Shown: positions 23,602 through 32,000 of the stretch, in pieces
Layout of the letters: every line of letters begins with the position of its first letter
Position numbering within the stretch: position 1 is the first letter of the stretch
DNA from: Cupriavidus necator
GTDB taxonomy: Bacteria > Pseudomonadota > Gammaproteobacteria > Burkholderiales > Burkholderiaceae
Direction of reading: 5' to 3'
DNA length: 32,000 nt
Assembly (NCBI RefSeq): GCF_016127575.1
Contig: NZ_CP066018.1
Span: 2,850,001 to 2,882,000, forward strand
Notes under the pieces: model-generated
Databases searched by the model: none
Told to the model about the DNA's origin: nothing
Seen by the model: the letters and a program-made list of their open reading frames with translations, nothing else
Program-made: the position numbers and the translations under genes

Positions 23602-24534
23602 ATGGAAACCCTCGCCAACCTCGAATCCTTTGTGCGCAGCGCCGAAACCGGCAGCTTTTCGGCGGCGGGTCGCCGACTGGCCCTGACCCCCGCGGCCGTC
23701 AGCCGCAACGTGGCAATGCTCGAGCGCAATCTGGGCGTGCGACTGTTCCAGCGCTCGACGCGCAAGCTGACGCTTACCGAGGCTGGCGAACGCTTCCTTG
23801 CCTCCATTGGCGGCAACCTGGACGCGCTGCAAGCCGCCATCGCCGCCATGTCGAACGACCACGGCGAACCGGCCGGCGTGCTGAAAGTCAGCCTGGCGCC
23901 GTCGTTCGGCGTGGCTTACGTGATGCCGTTGCTCCCTGATTTCCTGCAGCGTTACCCCGCGATCCGCCCGGAATGGCATTTCGAGAATCGCGCCATCGAC
24001 TTGATTGCCGAGGGCTTCGACGCAGCCATAGGCGGAGGCTTCGAACTGGCGCCGGGTCTTGTGTCGCGCCCACTGGCACCCGCGCATATCGTCGCGGTGG
24101 CGTCGCCTGCGTATCTGCGGGAACGCACGCTGCCTGCCGATCCGGCCATGCTGAACGTCATGGACGGCATCGTCATGCGCTCCGGGCGCACCGGACGCAC
24201 GCGCCACTGGACTATGCGCGATGCCGCCGGCAACGAGGTTGCCACGACCATGCGCGAACGCATTGTCGTCAGCGACCCGGCCGCCATGCGGGAAGCCGCG
24301 CTGCTGGGTCTGGGCGTGGCACTGCTGGCGGTACCCGATGTGCTGCCATGGATCGAACGTGGCGAACTCGTACGCGTACTTCCGCGCTGGTACGCCGACG
24401 CCGGCGCCATTTCGTTGTACTACCCTACGCGCACCCTGATGCCCGGCAAGACACGCGCATTCATCGACCACGTTGTGGAAGCCTTCCGCCGCGATGGACT
24501 AGCGCAGCGACTGGCAGGCAGCCTCGGCCTTTAG
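23602..24534 (+). CDS. LysR-family transcriptional regulator
   Basis: METLANLESFVRSAETGSFSAAGRRLALTPAAVSRNVAMLERNLGVRLFQRSTRKLTLTEAGERF is a canonical LysR HTH. It is divergent from the SDR gene. ATG 23602 is preferred to the track start. Confidence 0.9.
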   Translation: METLANLESFVRSAETGSFSAAGRRLALTPAAVSRNVAMLERNLGVRLFQRSTRKLTLTEAGERFLASIGGNLDALQAAIAAMSNDHGEPAGVLKVSLAPSFGVAYVMPLLPDFLQRYPAIRPEWHFENRAIDLIAEGFDAAIGGGFELAPGLVSRPLAPAHIVAVASPAYLRERTLPADPAMLNVMDGIVMRSGRTGRTRHWTMRDAAGNEVATTMRERIVVSDPAAMREAALLGLGVALLAVPDVLPWIERGELVRVLPRWYADAGAISLYYPTRTLMPGKTRAFIDHVVEAFRRDGLAQRLAGSLGL

Positions 24535-24707
24535 CGTTGTCTACCGAGGCACGCCGTTTCGACGACCGCTCTGGCCCAAACTTGAGTCACTCGCCAAGCT
24601 TTAACGAAGGGCAGGAGTGGGTCGGCAGGAGACAGTGAGCAGCTGGTGCAGGGCAGTCCAACGAATTCGTGCTTCATGGCGAGCGACATGAAGCCTGCCA
24701 TAGACCG

Positions 24708-25052
24708 TTATTGGCAACGGTTGGTCAGCTGCGCGTTGAGCTGTGTGCTCATCTGCGGGTAGGCGTTGAATAGGGCCTGCGAGCGTTCGGTTCTGACCCC
24801 GCTCTCGGCTCGTATCTGCCTGACGGTCTTGAAGCTCCAGATATCCTGACCATTTACACAGGTGCACGTCCACACCAGGGTGTTGTCGATGGCCTCCTCG
24901 TTGGCCTTCCACACAGCCCGTTCCTCTACCTGCCGCTGGGCTTCAAGCGCTGCCTCGGCGGCTTGGCCAGCCCGCAGGATATCCGCCACAGTCTGGGCCC
25001 CTGCTGGGCAAGCTCCGGTCAGGGCAGCGGTAAGCAATAGCGCGCGCCGCAT
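24708..25052 (-). CDS. small secreted protein of unknown function (integrase-proximal island module)
   Basis: Signal peptide MRRALLLTAALTGACPAGAQ. This is the intact counterpart of pseudogene 10767-11085. Confidence 0.6.
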   Translation of the reverse strand: MRRALLLTAALTGACPAGAQTVADILRAGQAAEAALEAQRQVEERAVWKANEEAIDNTLVWTCTCVNGQDIWSFKTVRQIRAESGVRTERSQALFNAYPQMSTQLNAQLTNRCQ

Positions 25053-25053
25053 G

Positions 25054-25263
25054 TCAGGCTCCCCCGGCGTAGACGGCGGCCCGGCGCATGTCGTACAGGC
25101 CGAAAAGATATGCGCGGATCTCGCCCTCTGGCTCTGCCGCGATCAGGCCCTCCAGACGCTCCAGCGTCATACGGAACGGATCCTCCAAGTCCAGCACGCA
25201 AGACAAGGTGCTGTCCTGGGACAGGGCTCGCAAAGGGTGAATAGATTGAATGGTGTCAGCCAT
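25054..25263 (-). CDS. small protein of unknown function (integrase-proximal island module)
   Basis: 69-aa ORF. Its stop lies 1 nt before the next start (TGA-C-ATG). This is the intact counterpart of pseudogene 11087-11260. Confidence 0.55.
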   Translation of the reverse strand: MADTIQSIHPLRALSQDSTLSCVLDLEDPFRMTLERLEGLIAAEPEGEIRAYLFGLYDMRRAAVYAGGA

Positions 25264-25373
25264 AGCAAGACCTCTATAGGTTTGTTGTGGTCAGCGGATG
25301 CGGCGGGGTGCAACCACCGCATTCGTCCCCGTTCGTAATTGCGGAACTCGATTAAGGGATCTATAAGGCGCTT

Positions 25374-26420
25374 CTAGCCGAGCTTTAATGCGAGATCCTT
25401 GGCTCGGGGGTGGTAGTAACGTCGAAGCATTTGAAGTGTCTTGTGGCCCGTGACCGCCGACAGTTCCAGGACGTTGTCCAAGCGTTCGGCTATTCGCGAC
25501 GTTCCCTCATGCCGGAGGTCGTGAAACCGAAAGTTCTCGATGCCAGCCCGTTCGCAGGCGCGCGTAAAGGCCTTTTTAACGGCGTCAGCAGATGTTGGAA
25601 ACACTCTGTCCGAGGCCGATGTCGCGAGCTCTGCCAGCGGGGCGAGGGTGCTCACAGCCTTGGTTGAAAGGGGGACATCCCTCGACTCACCATTTTTCGA
25701 GTCGTGCAAGCGTACAAAGCGATCTTCAAGGAATACGTCCGACCACCGCAGGCTTAGTAGCTCGCCGCGGCGCATGGCTGTTTCCAATGCGAGGATCGTC
25801 AACGGCAAGATGCTCGGGTTCCGCGAACCGCCTTTGTCATAGTGGCCACGCCCATTGCGTGGGCTGGCAGATAGTTCGGCAAACAGACGGGCCTCTTCTG
25901 CAGCCCCGAGCCTGCGGGTGCGACCGCGGCTTTCGCGGGGCCGCCTGATCGTCGAGACTGGGTTGATAGCCAGGTGTATGTCCCATTCCTTGTTGGCGAC
26001 ATTCAAGACATGGCTGATGAGGGTTAGCTCCCGATTTACTGTTGATCCGGAAACCGGGCGTCGCTCGCCGTCGCCCTTGAGGCGACGGTCTCGGTATGCC
26101 GCCAGGACCTTGCCAGTGAGGGCGGCAATCTTGTAGTGGGCAATAGGGTCAGAACGTAGCTTGCGAATTCGAAGGACTTCTTGCTCACCACCTTTCTTGT
26201 GGGGCGAGATCTCTTCGCTGTACCGGAGGAGAAGGTCTCCAAGAGTGTTCCGCTCAGCCTCCCGGCGGTCGACGAAGGACCCTCGATCCATTTCGACCTC
26301 CACCTGGCGAGCCCAGCTCTCAGCGTCAGCTTTTGTATCGAAGGTGCGCGCTTGGGGTGGGTAACCGCGCTTACGGATCGCGACGCGCCAATAGTCGCCT
26401 CGTTTCCAGATCGATGCCAT
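25374..26420 (-). CDS. int: tyrosine site-specific integrase
   Basis: ETAMRRGELLSL (Arg I), FRFHDLRHEGTS (HxxR), VTGHKT, and LRRYYH (catalytic Tyr). The N-terminal SAM-like arm is MASIWKRGDYWRV. It is the first gene inside the island next to the tRNA. Confidence 0.9.
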   Translation of the reverse strand: MASIWKRGDYWRVAIRKRGYPPQARTFDTKADAESWARQVEVEMDRGSFVDRREAERNTLGDLLLRYSEEISPHKKGGEQEVLRIRKLRSDPIAHYKIAALTGKVLAAYRDRRLKGDGERRPVSGSTVNRELTLISHVLNVANKEWDIHLAINPVSTIRRPRESRGRTRRLGAAEEARLFAELSASPRNGRGHYDKGGSRNPSILPLTILALETAMRRGELLSLRWSDVFLEDRFVRLHDSKNGESRDVPLSTKAVSTLAPLAELATSASDRVFPTSADAVKKAFTRACERAGIENFRFHDLRHEGTSRIAERLDNVLELSAVTGHKTLQMLRRYYHPRAKDLALKLG

Positions 26421-26516
26421 TCCTGCTCCAGACAAGTGATTGGTCGTGTCCGGGCCGATTGTCTGACTGCGCCACTTTTGCGCCAAAAGGGCATTCCGCG
26501 AGGTTTTGCGGCAATG

Positions 26517-26549
26517 AAAAAAGGCCCTCGACTTTCGTCTGAGGGCCTT
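26517..26549 (-). terminator. rho-independent terminator downstream of tRNA-Val, supplied by the island
   Basis: The minus strand reads GAAGGCCCTCAGACGAAAGTCGAGGGCCTTTTTTCA: a 7-bp GC stem plus T6. It lies about 25 nt past the tRNA 3' end, inside the att repeat boundary. Confidence 0.6.
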
Positions 26550-26571
26550 CTTCCATGCGGCTTCCCGCGAA

Positions 26572-26618
26572 TCTGGTGGGTGGTACAGGGATTGAACCTG
26601 TGACCCCTGCCGTGTGAA
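26572..26618 (-). repeat. island-proximal att repeat (within the functional tRNA-Val)
   Basis: The 47 nt tctggtgggtggtacagggattgaacctgtgacccctgccgtgtgaa pair with 7688-7733. Confidence 0.9.
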
Positions 26619-26648
26619 GGCAGTGCTCTACCGCTGAGCTAACCACCC
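26574..26648 (-). tRNA. tRNA-Val (anticodon CAC), 75 nt with encoded CCA
   Basis: The minus strand GGGTGGTTAGCTCAGCGGTAGAGCACTGCCTTCACACGGCAGGGGTCACAGGTTCAATCCCTGTACCACCCACCA folds as a cloverleaf by hand. The stems are acceptor GGGTGGT/ACCACCC, D GCTC/GAGC, anticodon CTGCC/GGCAG with loop TTCACAC, and T ACAGG/CCTGT with loop TTCAATC. Confidence 0.95.
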
Positions 26649-26689
26649 CTTACTGCGCCGTCGTTGCCGTCGTGCAGCGGAGAAATGAG

Positions 26690-26718
26690 ATTATGCAGAG
26701 GTTCTTGTATCTTGTAAA
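26690..26718 (-). promoter_or_regulatory. sigma70-like promoter for tRNA-Val
   Basis: The minus strand has TTTACA (26718-26713), a 17-nt spacer, and CATAAT (26695-26690), about 40 nt upstream of the mature tRNA 5' end. Confidence 0.5.
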
Positions 26719-26736
26719 GCCCTTTTTTGATTTTTG

Positions 26737-27477
26737 TCAGGCGGCCAGGCTTCCGGGTTCTGCCGCGGGGGCTTCCTGCCACACCGTCTTGCCGCCGCTG
26801 GCCTTGTCCAGGCCCTTGAGCAGGGCGAGATGGGCCTGCTGCTCTTCGTCCGTGGCGCGCAGCACGGGCAGGGCCAGGCGCGACAGGTCGGCCGCGGCAA
26901 CCGCGCCGCCGTGGCCTGCGGTGCTGTCGTGCATGTCGATCACCAGCGAATCCTGGCCGCGCGTCATGGCCAGGTAGACCTCGGCCAGCAGCTCGGCATC
27001 CAGCAGGGCGCCGTGCAGCGTGCGGTGGGCGTTGCTGATGCCCAGGCGGTCGCACAGGGCGTCGAGCGAGTTGCGCTTGCCGGGGAACATCTGGCGGGCT
27101 TCGCGCAGGGTGTCGATCACATTGCCGGCATGCTGGCGGAACGGCGGCAGGCCCAGCAGCTGGAATTCCATGTCGAGGAAGCCCAGGTCGAACGGCGCGT
27201 TGTGGATGATCAGCTCGGCATCCTGGATGAACTCGCGGATGTCGTTGACGACTTCGGCAAAGCGGGGCTTGTCGGCCAGGAACTCGACCGTGATGCCGTG
27301 CACGGCGATCGCGCCCTCGTCGATATCGCGTTCCGGGTTGACGTAGAAGTGCAGGTGGCGCCCCGTCAGGCGGCGGTTCATCAGCTCGACGCAGCCGATT
27401 TCGATCAGGCGGTCGCCGGTGGCGGCACTCAGGCCGGTGGTTTCGGTGTCGAGAACGATTTGTCGCATGGCGGGCAT
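26737..27477 (-). CDS. dnaQ: DNA polymerase III epsilon subunit (3'-5' exonuclease)
   Basis: Shows IVLDTETTGL (Exo I), HNAPFDLGFL (Exo II) and HGALLDAELLAEVY (Exo III). The start is ATG 27477 or 27468. Confidence 0.9.
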   Translation of the reverse strand: MPAMRQIVLDTETTGLSAATGDRLIEIGCVELMNRRLTGRHLHFYVNPERDIDEGAIAVHGITVEFLADKPRFAEVVNDIREFIQDAELIIHNAPFDLGFLDMEFQLLGLPPFRQHAGNVIDTLREARQMFPGKRNSLDALCDRLGISNAHRTLHGALLDAELLAEVYLAMTRGQDSLVIDMHDSTAGHGGAVAAADLSRLALPVLRATDEEQQAHLALLKGLDKASGGKTVWQEAPAAEPGSLAA

Positions 27478-27526
27478 TCTAGCGGAGCTGCGTGGGCGCC
27501 CCGCGGTTTCTTGTTAGCGAGAGGGA

Positions 27527-27964
27527 TCAGCGGCCGATCGATTCGACGCCGCGGTTGGCCAGCGCGTCGGCGCGCTCATTGCCGGGGTGGCCGTTGTGGC
27601 CGCGCACCCAGTGCCAGGAGATCTGGTGCGGCTGCGCCAGGGTGTCCAGTTCCTGCCACAGGTCGGCGTTCTTGACAGGCTTCTTGTCGGCGGTCTTCCA
27701 CCCGCGGGCCTTCCAGCCGGGCAGCCATTCGCTGATGCCCTTCTGGACATACTGCGAGTCGGTATAGACACGCACGACGCAGGGACGCTTGAGCGCGCGC
27801 AATGCTTCGATCACGGCGGTCATTTCCATGCGGTTGTTGGTAGTGTTGGGCTCGCCGCCGAACATTTCTTTCTCGCTGGCGCCGGCGACGAGCACCGCGC
27901 CCCAGCCGCCGCGGCCGGGATTGCCCTTGCAGGCGCCGTCGGAGTAGATCGTGACTTCTTGCAT
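27527..27964 (-). CDS. rnhA: ribonuclease HI
   Basis: [25 protein letters not shown]...[14 protein letters not shown]...VYTDSQYV...[20 protein letters not shown] is the canonical RNase H1 pattern. Confidence 0.92.
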   Translation of the reverse strand: MQEVTIYSDGACKGNPGRGGWGAVLVAGASEKEMFGGEPNTTNNRMEMTAVIEALRALKRPCVVRVYTDSQYVQKGISEWLPGWKARGWKTADKKPVKNADLWQELDTLAQPHQISWHWVRGHNGHPGNERADALANRGVESIGR

Positions 27965-28042
27965 GTGATTCCAAGGTGGCCACCCGCCGGGCAGGTGGCG
28001 CTTTGAGGGCGAATCGGGTGAGAGCGCGGGCGCGCGCCGGCG

Positions 28043-28843
28043 TCAGCGCTCTTCGCCGGGGGTCTTGCCGTGGGTGCCGGTAGGCGTGGCCACGGGCGAT
28101 GACACCGGAGCCAGCGCCGGCTTGCTCTTCCAGGCCGGGCCGACCAGGCGGATATTGCGCACGCGCTTGATCGCCGAGATCATATAGACCGCGCCGAAGA
28201 TCGGCCACCAGCGGTCACCGGCCTTTTCCATGAAGGCGGCGCGCTGCAGCCAGCGGTCGGTGCGGTAGGGCGGGCAGTAGCAGCCGAAGCGGCCGCGGAT
28301 GATATCGAAGCCCAGCAGCTTGAGCCAGTCCTTGATGCGCACGAAGCCGATCTGCTGCGCGTCCGTCGGCAGGAAGGGCGTGGCGCCGAGCCGGTTCATG
28401 CCCTGGCGCGCGCCCCACAGGCTCATCGGGTTGAAGCAGGTGACCACCACGCGCCCCTCGGGCATCAGCACCCGCGAGACCTCGCGCAGCACTTCATGCG
28501 GGTCTTCGGCGAATTCCAGGATGTGGGGCAGGGTGACCAGGTCGATGCTCTGGGTGTCGAACGGCAGCTCGTCGAAGCGGCACAGCAACTGGCGCGCGTC
28601 GGGATGTGCGGCGCGCGGCCCGTGCGGTCCACTGGAAGGGTCCAGCGCCAGCGCCGAGAACGGCATCCGGTTCTCGCGCAGGGTGTCGATAAAGGGCAGG
28701 CCCAACTGGACGGCGTGGTAGCCGAAGATGTCGGTCACGATCCGGTCGTACTGCTGCGCCTCCCAGCGCAGCATGTACTCACCGGGCGGCGAGGCCAGCC
28801 AGTCTTCCCAGCTTACAATCGGATGATTGGGACGATTGGACAT
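28043..28843 (-). CDS. class I SAM-dependent methyltransferase (YafS-like position)
   Basis: The Methyltransf_11-like block is [50 protein letters not shown] 28843 (MSNRPNHP) was chosen. It sits between rnhA and gloB, as yafS does in E. coli. Confidence 0.75.
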   Translation of the reverse strand: MSNRPNHPIVSWEDWLASPPGEYMLRWEAQQYDRIVTDIFGYHAVQLGLPFIDTLRENRMPFSALALDPSSGPHGPRAAHPDARQLLCRFDELPFDTQSIDLVTLPHILEFAEDPHEVLREVSRVLMPEGRVVVTCFNPMSLWGARQGMNRLGATPFLPTDAQQIGFVRIKDWLKLLGFDIIRGRFGCYCPPYRTDRWLQRAAFMEKAGDRWWPIFGAVYMISAIKRVRNIRLVGPAWKSKPALAPVSSPVATPTGTHGKTPGEER

Positions 28844-28855
28844 AGGAGCATGCGC

Positions 28856-29656
28856 ATGTTGAAGGTTGAGCCGATCCCGGCGTTCCAGGATAACTATATC
28901 TGGGCCATCCACGACGGTCATAGCGCCGCCGTGGTCGATCCCGGCGAGGCCGCGCCGGTGGAGCGCTTCCTGGCGCAAAGCGGTCTGGCTCTGGGCGCTA
29001 TTGTAATCACCCATCACCACGGCGATCACCAGGGCGGGGTAGCCGAGTTGCTGGCGGCGCACCCGCGCACGTCGTCGGGCGCGCCGATGCCGGTGCTGGG
29101 GCCCGCCGGCGAACGCATTGGCGGGCGCACCCGGGCCCTGCGCGAAGGCGATGTCGTGACGCTAGAGACGCCGGCGCTGACGCTGCGCGTGCTGGACGTG
29201 CCCGGGCACACCGCCGGCCATATCGCCTATGTGGGCGACCTGGGCGAAGCCGGCCCGGCGGTCTTCTGTGGCGATACGCTGTTTGCCAGTGGCTGCGGGC
29301 GTCTGTTCGAAGGCACGCCGGCACAGATGCTGGACTCGCTCGACAAGCTGGCGGCACTGCCGGGCGATACCCGCGTCTATTGCGCGCACGAATATACGCG
29401 CAGCAATGTGCGCTTTGCACGGGCGGTGGAACCGGCCAATGCCGCGCTGGCGGCATGGGAGCAGCGGGTCGACGCGCTGCGCGCGGCGGACCAGCCGACG
29501 CTGCCGACCACCATCGCTCATGAGCGCGAGGTCAATCCCTTCCTGCGCTCGCGCGAGCCCGCGGTGCGCGCGGCGGTGGCGGCGCAGGGCGGGGCCGCCA
29601 CGGGCGATGCGCAGGCCTTCGGTGCGCTGCGCGGCTGGAAGGACAATTTCCGCTGA
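28856..29656 (+). CDS. gloB: hydroxyacylglutathione hydrolase (glyoxalase II)
   Basis: [18 protein letters not shown]...[11 protein letters not shown] (THxHxDH metallo-beta-lactamase motif)...CAHEYT. AGGAG lies 7 nt before ATG 28856. Confidence 0.9.
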   Translation: MLKVEPIPAFQDNYIWAIHDGHSAAVVDPGEAAPVERFLAQSGLALGAIVITHHHGDHQGGVAELLAAHPRTSSGAPMPVLGPAGERIGGRTRALREGDVVTLETPALTLRVLDVPGHTAGHIAYVGDLGEAGPAVFCGDTLFASGCGRLFEGTPAQMLDSLDKLAALPGDTRVYCAHEYTRSNVRFARAVEPANAALAAWEQRVDALRAADQPTLPTTIAHEREVNPFLRSREPAVRAAVAAQGGAATGDAQAFGALRGWKDNFR

Positions 29657-29789
29657 ACCCTGCCGGGCCTTGCGCCGCAAGGCTTTCCGGCTGCCCGGCG
29701 GATACTGGCCATATGGAAAATCTGATTGACGCGATACGCGGTTTTTTTTAGCATCACGCATCCTTTTGGCGTCACGATTCGAGAACTTA

Positions 29790-31481
29790 ATGAAAATTGG
29801 TCGATTACTGGCGGTGGTCGCGTGCGCCGCGCTGCTTGCAGCGTGCGCCAGCACCCCAACGCCGCCTGATGGCGCCAACGGCGCCGCGACCGCCCAGACC
29901 GCCAAGCGCCAGGACCCGCTCAACTCGCTCAGCGACAAATCGGCGCTTTCTTCCGCATCCACGATCAATGTCGACCAGGGTGGCCTGGACTGGCTGCGCG
30001 GCCCGTCCAACGACATCTGGGATCGCATCCGGCGCGGCTTTGCCATGCAGGACCTGGAGGGCACGCTGGTCGATGACCGCACCCAGTGGTATGCGCAGCG
30101 GCCGGAATACATGGAACGGATGGTCGGGCGCTCAAGCCGCTACCTGTACCACATCGTAGAAGAGCTGGAACGGCGCAAGATGCCGACCGAGCTGGCGCTG
30201 CTGCCGTTCGTCGAGAGCGCGTTCAACCCGCAGGCGCAGTCCACCGCCAAGGCGGCGGGCATGTGGCAGTTCATCCCGAGTACCGGCAAGTCGTACAACC
30301 TGAAGCAGAACATGTTCCGTGACGAGCGCCGCGACGTGCTGGCCTCGACCGACGCCGCGCTGGACTACCTGGCGCGGCTCTACGATATGTTCGGCGACTG
30401 GCACCTGGCGCTGGCGGCTTACAACTGGGGCGAGGGCGCGGTGTCGCGCGCGATCGCACGCAACCAGGCGCGCGGGCTGCCGACCGACTACGCCAGCCTG
30501 CCCATGCCCAACGAGACGCGCTACTACGTGCCGAAGCTGCAGGCGGTCAAGAACATCATCGCCAACCCGGCTGCGTATGGCGTCAAGCTGCCCGAGATCC
30601 CGGACCACCCGTACTTTGTCACGGTGACCACCTCGCGCGATATCGACGTGAACCTGGCGGCCAAGCTGGCGGACATGTCGGTAGAGGAATTCAAGGCGCT
30701 CAATCCGTCGTTCAACCGGCCGGTGATCCTGGGCGCGTCCAACCCGCAGATCCTGCTGCCGTTCGATAACGCCGAGCGCTTCCAGTACAACCTGAACACC
30801 TACCGCGGCGGGTTGTCGAGCTGGTCGGCGGTGACGGTGGACAGCCGCGAGCGTATCGAAGCGCTGGCGGCACGGCTGAACGTCGACGCCGATACGCTGC
30901 GCGAGATCAACAGCATCCCGAAAGGCATGCGCCTGAAGGCCGGCTCGACCGTGATGATCCCGCGCTCGGGCCGCCACGACCAGGATATCAGCGCGACCCT
31001 GGCCGACAGTGCCATGCTGGCGATGGAGCCTGATTTGCCGGATGCGCGCCGCGTGGTGGTGCGTGCCGGGCGGCGCGACACCGTGGCCTCGGTGGCGCGG
31101 CGCTATGGCGTCTCGGCGGGGCAGGTGCAATCGTGGAACAAGCTCTCCGGCACCAAGTTGGTCGCCGGGCAGAGCCTGGTGCTGATGGTGCCGGTGCGCG
31201 GCGCCGGCGCGGTGCGGGCGGCGCGGGCCGAACAGGCCGACCGTGCCGAGCGCGCCGACCGTGCAGAGCGTTCCGAGCGAAGCAGCAAGGGCGGCATCGT
31301 GCGGGTCTCGGCCAAGGGCAAGGCGGGCAAGGCGGAGCCGCGCAAGCGCGTCACCGTCGAGGCGGCCTCGCGGCGCACGGCAGTCAAGGCGACGCCGGCG
31401 CGCGTGGTGCGCGAGTCCAAGCCGGGGCCGAACGTCAAGGCGTCGGCCAAGGCCGGCGCCAAGGGGGCCAAGGCCCGCTGA
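29790..31481 (+). CDS. mltD: lipoprotein lytic murein transglycosylase with LysM repeats (MltD-like)
   Basis: Lipobox MKIGRLLAVVACAALLAAC. The SLT domain shows LPFVESAFNPQAQSTAKAAGMWQFIPSTG and AYNWGEGAV. There are at least two LysM-like segments and a basic low-complexity tail. Confidence 0.85.
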   Translation: MKIGRLLAVVACAALLAACASTPTPPDGANGAATAQTAKRQDPLNSLSDKSALSSASTINVDQGGLDWLRGPSNDIWDRIRRGFAMQDLEGTLVDDRTQWYAQRPEYMERMVGRSSRYLYHIVEELERRKMPTELALLPFVESAFNPQAQSTAKAAGMWQFIPSTGKSYNLKQNMFRDERRDVLASTDAALDYLARLYDMFGDWHLALAAYNWGEGAVSRAIARNQARGLPTDYASLPMPNETRYYVPKLQAVKNIIANPAAYGVKLPEIPDHPYFVTVTTSRDIDVNLAAKLADMSVEEFKALNPSFNRPVILGASNPQILLPFDNAERFQYNLNTYRGGLSSWSAVTVDSRERIEALAARLNVDADTLREINSIPKGMRLKAGSTVMIPRSGRHDQDISATLADSAMLAMEPDLPDARRVVVRAGRRDTVASVARRYGVSAGQVQSWNKLSGTKLVAGQSLVLMVPVRGAGAVRAARAEQADRAERADRAERSERSSKGGIVRVSAKGKAGKAEPRKRVTVEAASRRTAVKATPARVVRESKPGPNVKASAKAGAKGAKAR

Positions 31482-31519
31482 CGAATGCGGGCGCCGGCTG
31501 GTCCGCCGCATGGCGCAAG

Positions 31520-31552
31520 AAGGGGCGATGCCGTCGGCACGCCCCTTTTTTT
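31520..31552 (+). terminator. rho-independent terminator after the mltD-like gene
   Basis: aaggggcg-a-tgcc-gtc-ggca-cgcccctt forms a stem of about 12 bp, followed by a T7 run (31546-31552). Confidence 0.7.
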
Positions 31553-31668
31553 CATGTGCCGGCCCCCGGGGCCCGCGCGCCCCTCTCCGAATCTGTGTCC
31601 ACGCGCACCCGCGCCGGTGGCAAACTACGGTCATCATCACAATGACCGCAGACGCGGAGGAGACAGAC

Positions 31669-32000
31669 ATGACGGCAAGCCATGCCGTGCATGCCCGTTC
31701 GCTGGCCGACCCCGAGGGGTTCTGGGCCGAACAGGCGGCGCGCATCGACTGGGAAACCCCGTTCGGCCAGGTGCTCGACAACAGCCGCGCGCCCTTTACG
31801 CGCTGGTTCGTCGGCGGGCGCACCAACCTGTGCCACAACGCGGTCGACCGCCACCTGGCGGCCCGCGCCAGCCAGCCGGCGCTGCACTGGGTCTCGACCG
31901 AGACCGACCAGGCCCGCACCTTTACCTACGCCGAGCTGCACGACGAAGTCAGCCGCATGGCCGCGATCCTGCAGGGCCTGGACGTGCAGAAGGGCGACCG
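31669..32000 (+). CDS. acyl-CoA synthetase, propionate--CoA ligase-like, N-terminal fragment (3' end outside window)
   Basis: ATG 31669 follows GGAGGAGACA. The translation MTASHAVHARSLADPEGFWAEQAARIDWETPFGQVLDNSRAPFTRWFVGGRTNLCHNAVDRHL matches the Acs/PrpE N-terminal pattern. It is absent from the ORF track because no stop falls in the window. Confidence 0.75.
   Translation, partial: MTASHAVHARSLADPEGFWAEQAARIDWETPFGQVLDNSRAPFTRWFVGGRTNLCHNAVDRHLAARASQPALHWVSTETDQARTFTYAELHDEVSRMAAILQGLDVQKGD

Larger units (their letters stand above)
7688..26618. mobile_element. integrative mobilizable genomic island (about 18.9 kb) in tRNA-Val(CAC)
   Basis: Direct repeats derived from the tRNA 3' half mark both ends. 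A tyrosine integrase lies adjacent to the intact tRNA. The island also carries an AlpA-like gene, a MOBQ relaxase and an origin-like region. Sampled GC is 38-57% in several internal segments against about 67% in the flanks. Confidence 0.85.

Noticed and set aside
23482-24471. 329-aa ORF on the minus strand (and similar ones at 4619..5680, 1296..2273, 1481..2404, 22152..23012, 22824..23510, 27576..28208, 29162..30112)
   Set aside because: All are off-frame or antisense overlaps of genes with clear family motifs (LysR, isochorismatase, SBP, oxidoreductase, SDR, rnhA, gloB). Their compositions are the usual Arg/Gly/Ala/Pro high-GC artefacts.
24671-24694. 8-bp-stem hairpin (gcttcatg / catgaagc) just downstream of the secreted small-protein gene
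   Set aside because: No T-run follows on either strand, so it cannot be supported as an intrinsic terminator. It may be incidental.
31227-31283. In-frame tandem 18-bp repeat (gccgaccgtgccgagcgc x2 plus partial copies) encoding AEQADRAERADRAERSERS
   Set aside because: It is a low-complexity charged linker in the C-terminal tail of the mltD-like protein. That is common in such lipoproteins and not an independent element.
30132-31919. 595-aa ORF on the minus strand
   Set aside because: It is an antisense shadow of the mltD-like gene and runs through its terminator. The translation is low-complexity and Arg/Ala/His-rich. The plus frame has lipobox, SLT and LysM motifs.

Overview
High-GC chromosome segment. 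Hand counts on sampled 60-nt lines give about 67% G+C in the flanks. Gene content and synteny look like Burkholderiaceae (Cupriavidus/Ralstonia-like), but the organism call is inference only. The window has three parts. (1) 1-7.66 kb, core genes: the tail of a sugar-type ABC transporter (permease end, DUF2160-like small membrane protein, large solute-binding protein), a dCache-HAMP-PAS-GGDEF diguanylate cyclase, an isochorismatase-family hydrolase, a hypothetical, and a secreted beta-barrel-like protein plus a VIT-like membrane protein. (2) 7688-26618, an integrated island of about 18.9 kb in the 3' half of tRNA-Val(CAC). It is bounded by a 46/47-nt direct repeat, and a tyrosine integrase lies next to the intact tRNA. 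From the integrase outward it carries: a small conserved two-gene module; a host-like-GC cargo (LysR regulator, SDR, NADP oxidoreductase); an HNH endonuclease; four orphan genes (one HExxH protein with a TM anchor); a MOBQ/MobA-type relaxase; a 1.2-kb gene-free origin-like region with 14 phased ~11-bp repeats; an HTH/Rep-like gene; an AlpA-like gene; then a reverse transcriptase + ABC-ATPase/TOPRIM pair; a degenerate second copy of the integrase-proximal module; and a low-GC DUF262 + HEPN pair at the far end. (3) 26.6-32 kb, housekeeping synteny: tRNA-Val, dnaQ, rnhA, methyltransferase, gloB, mltD-like, and the start of an acyl-CoA synthetase. The most interesting signals are the RT + ATPase-TOPRIM module with a structured 5' region (retron-like but not canonical), the DUF262-HEPN pair, the composite (tandem-accretion) architecture of the island, and the phased repeat array with associated motifs in the gene-free region. 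Many long ORFs in the supplied track are antisense or off-frame shadows of real high-GC genes and were rejected. Novelty cannot be established without database searches.
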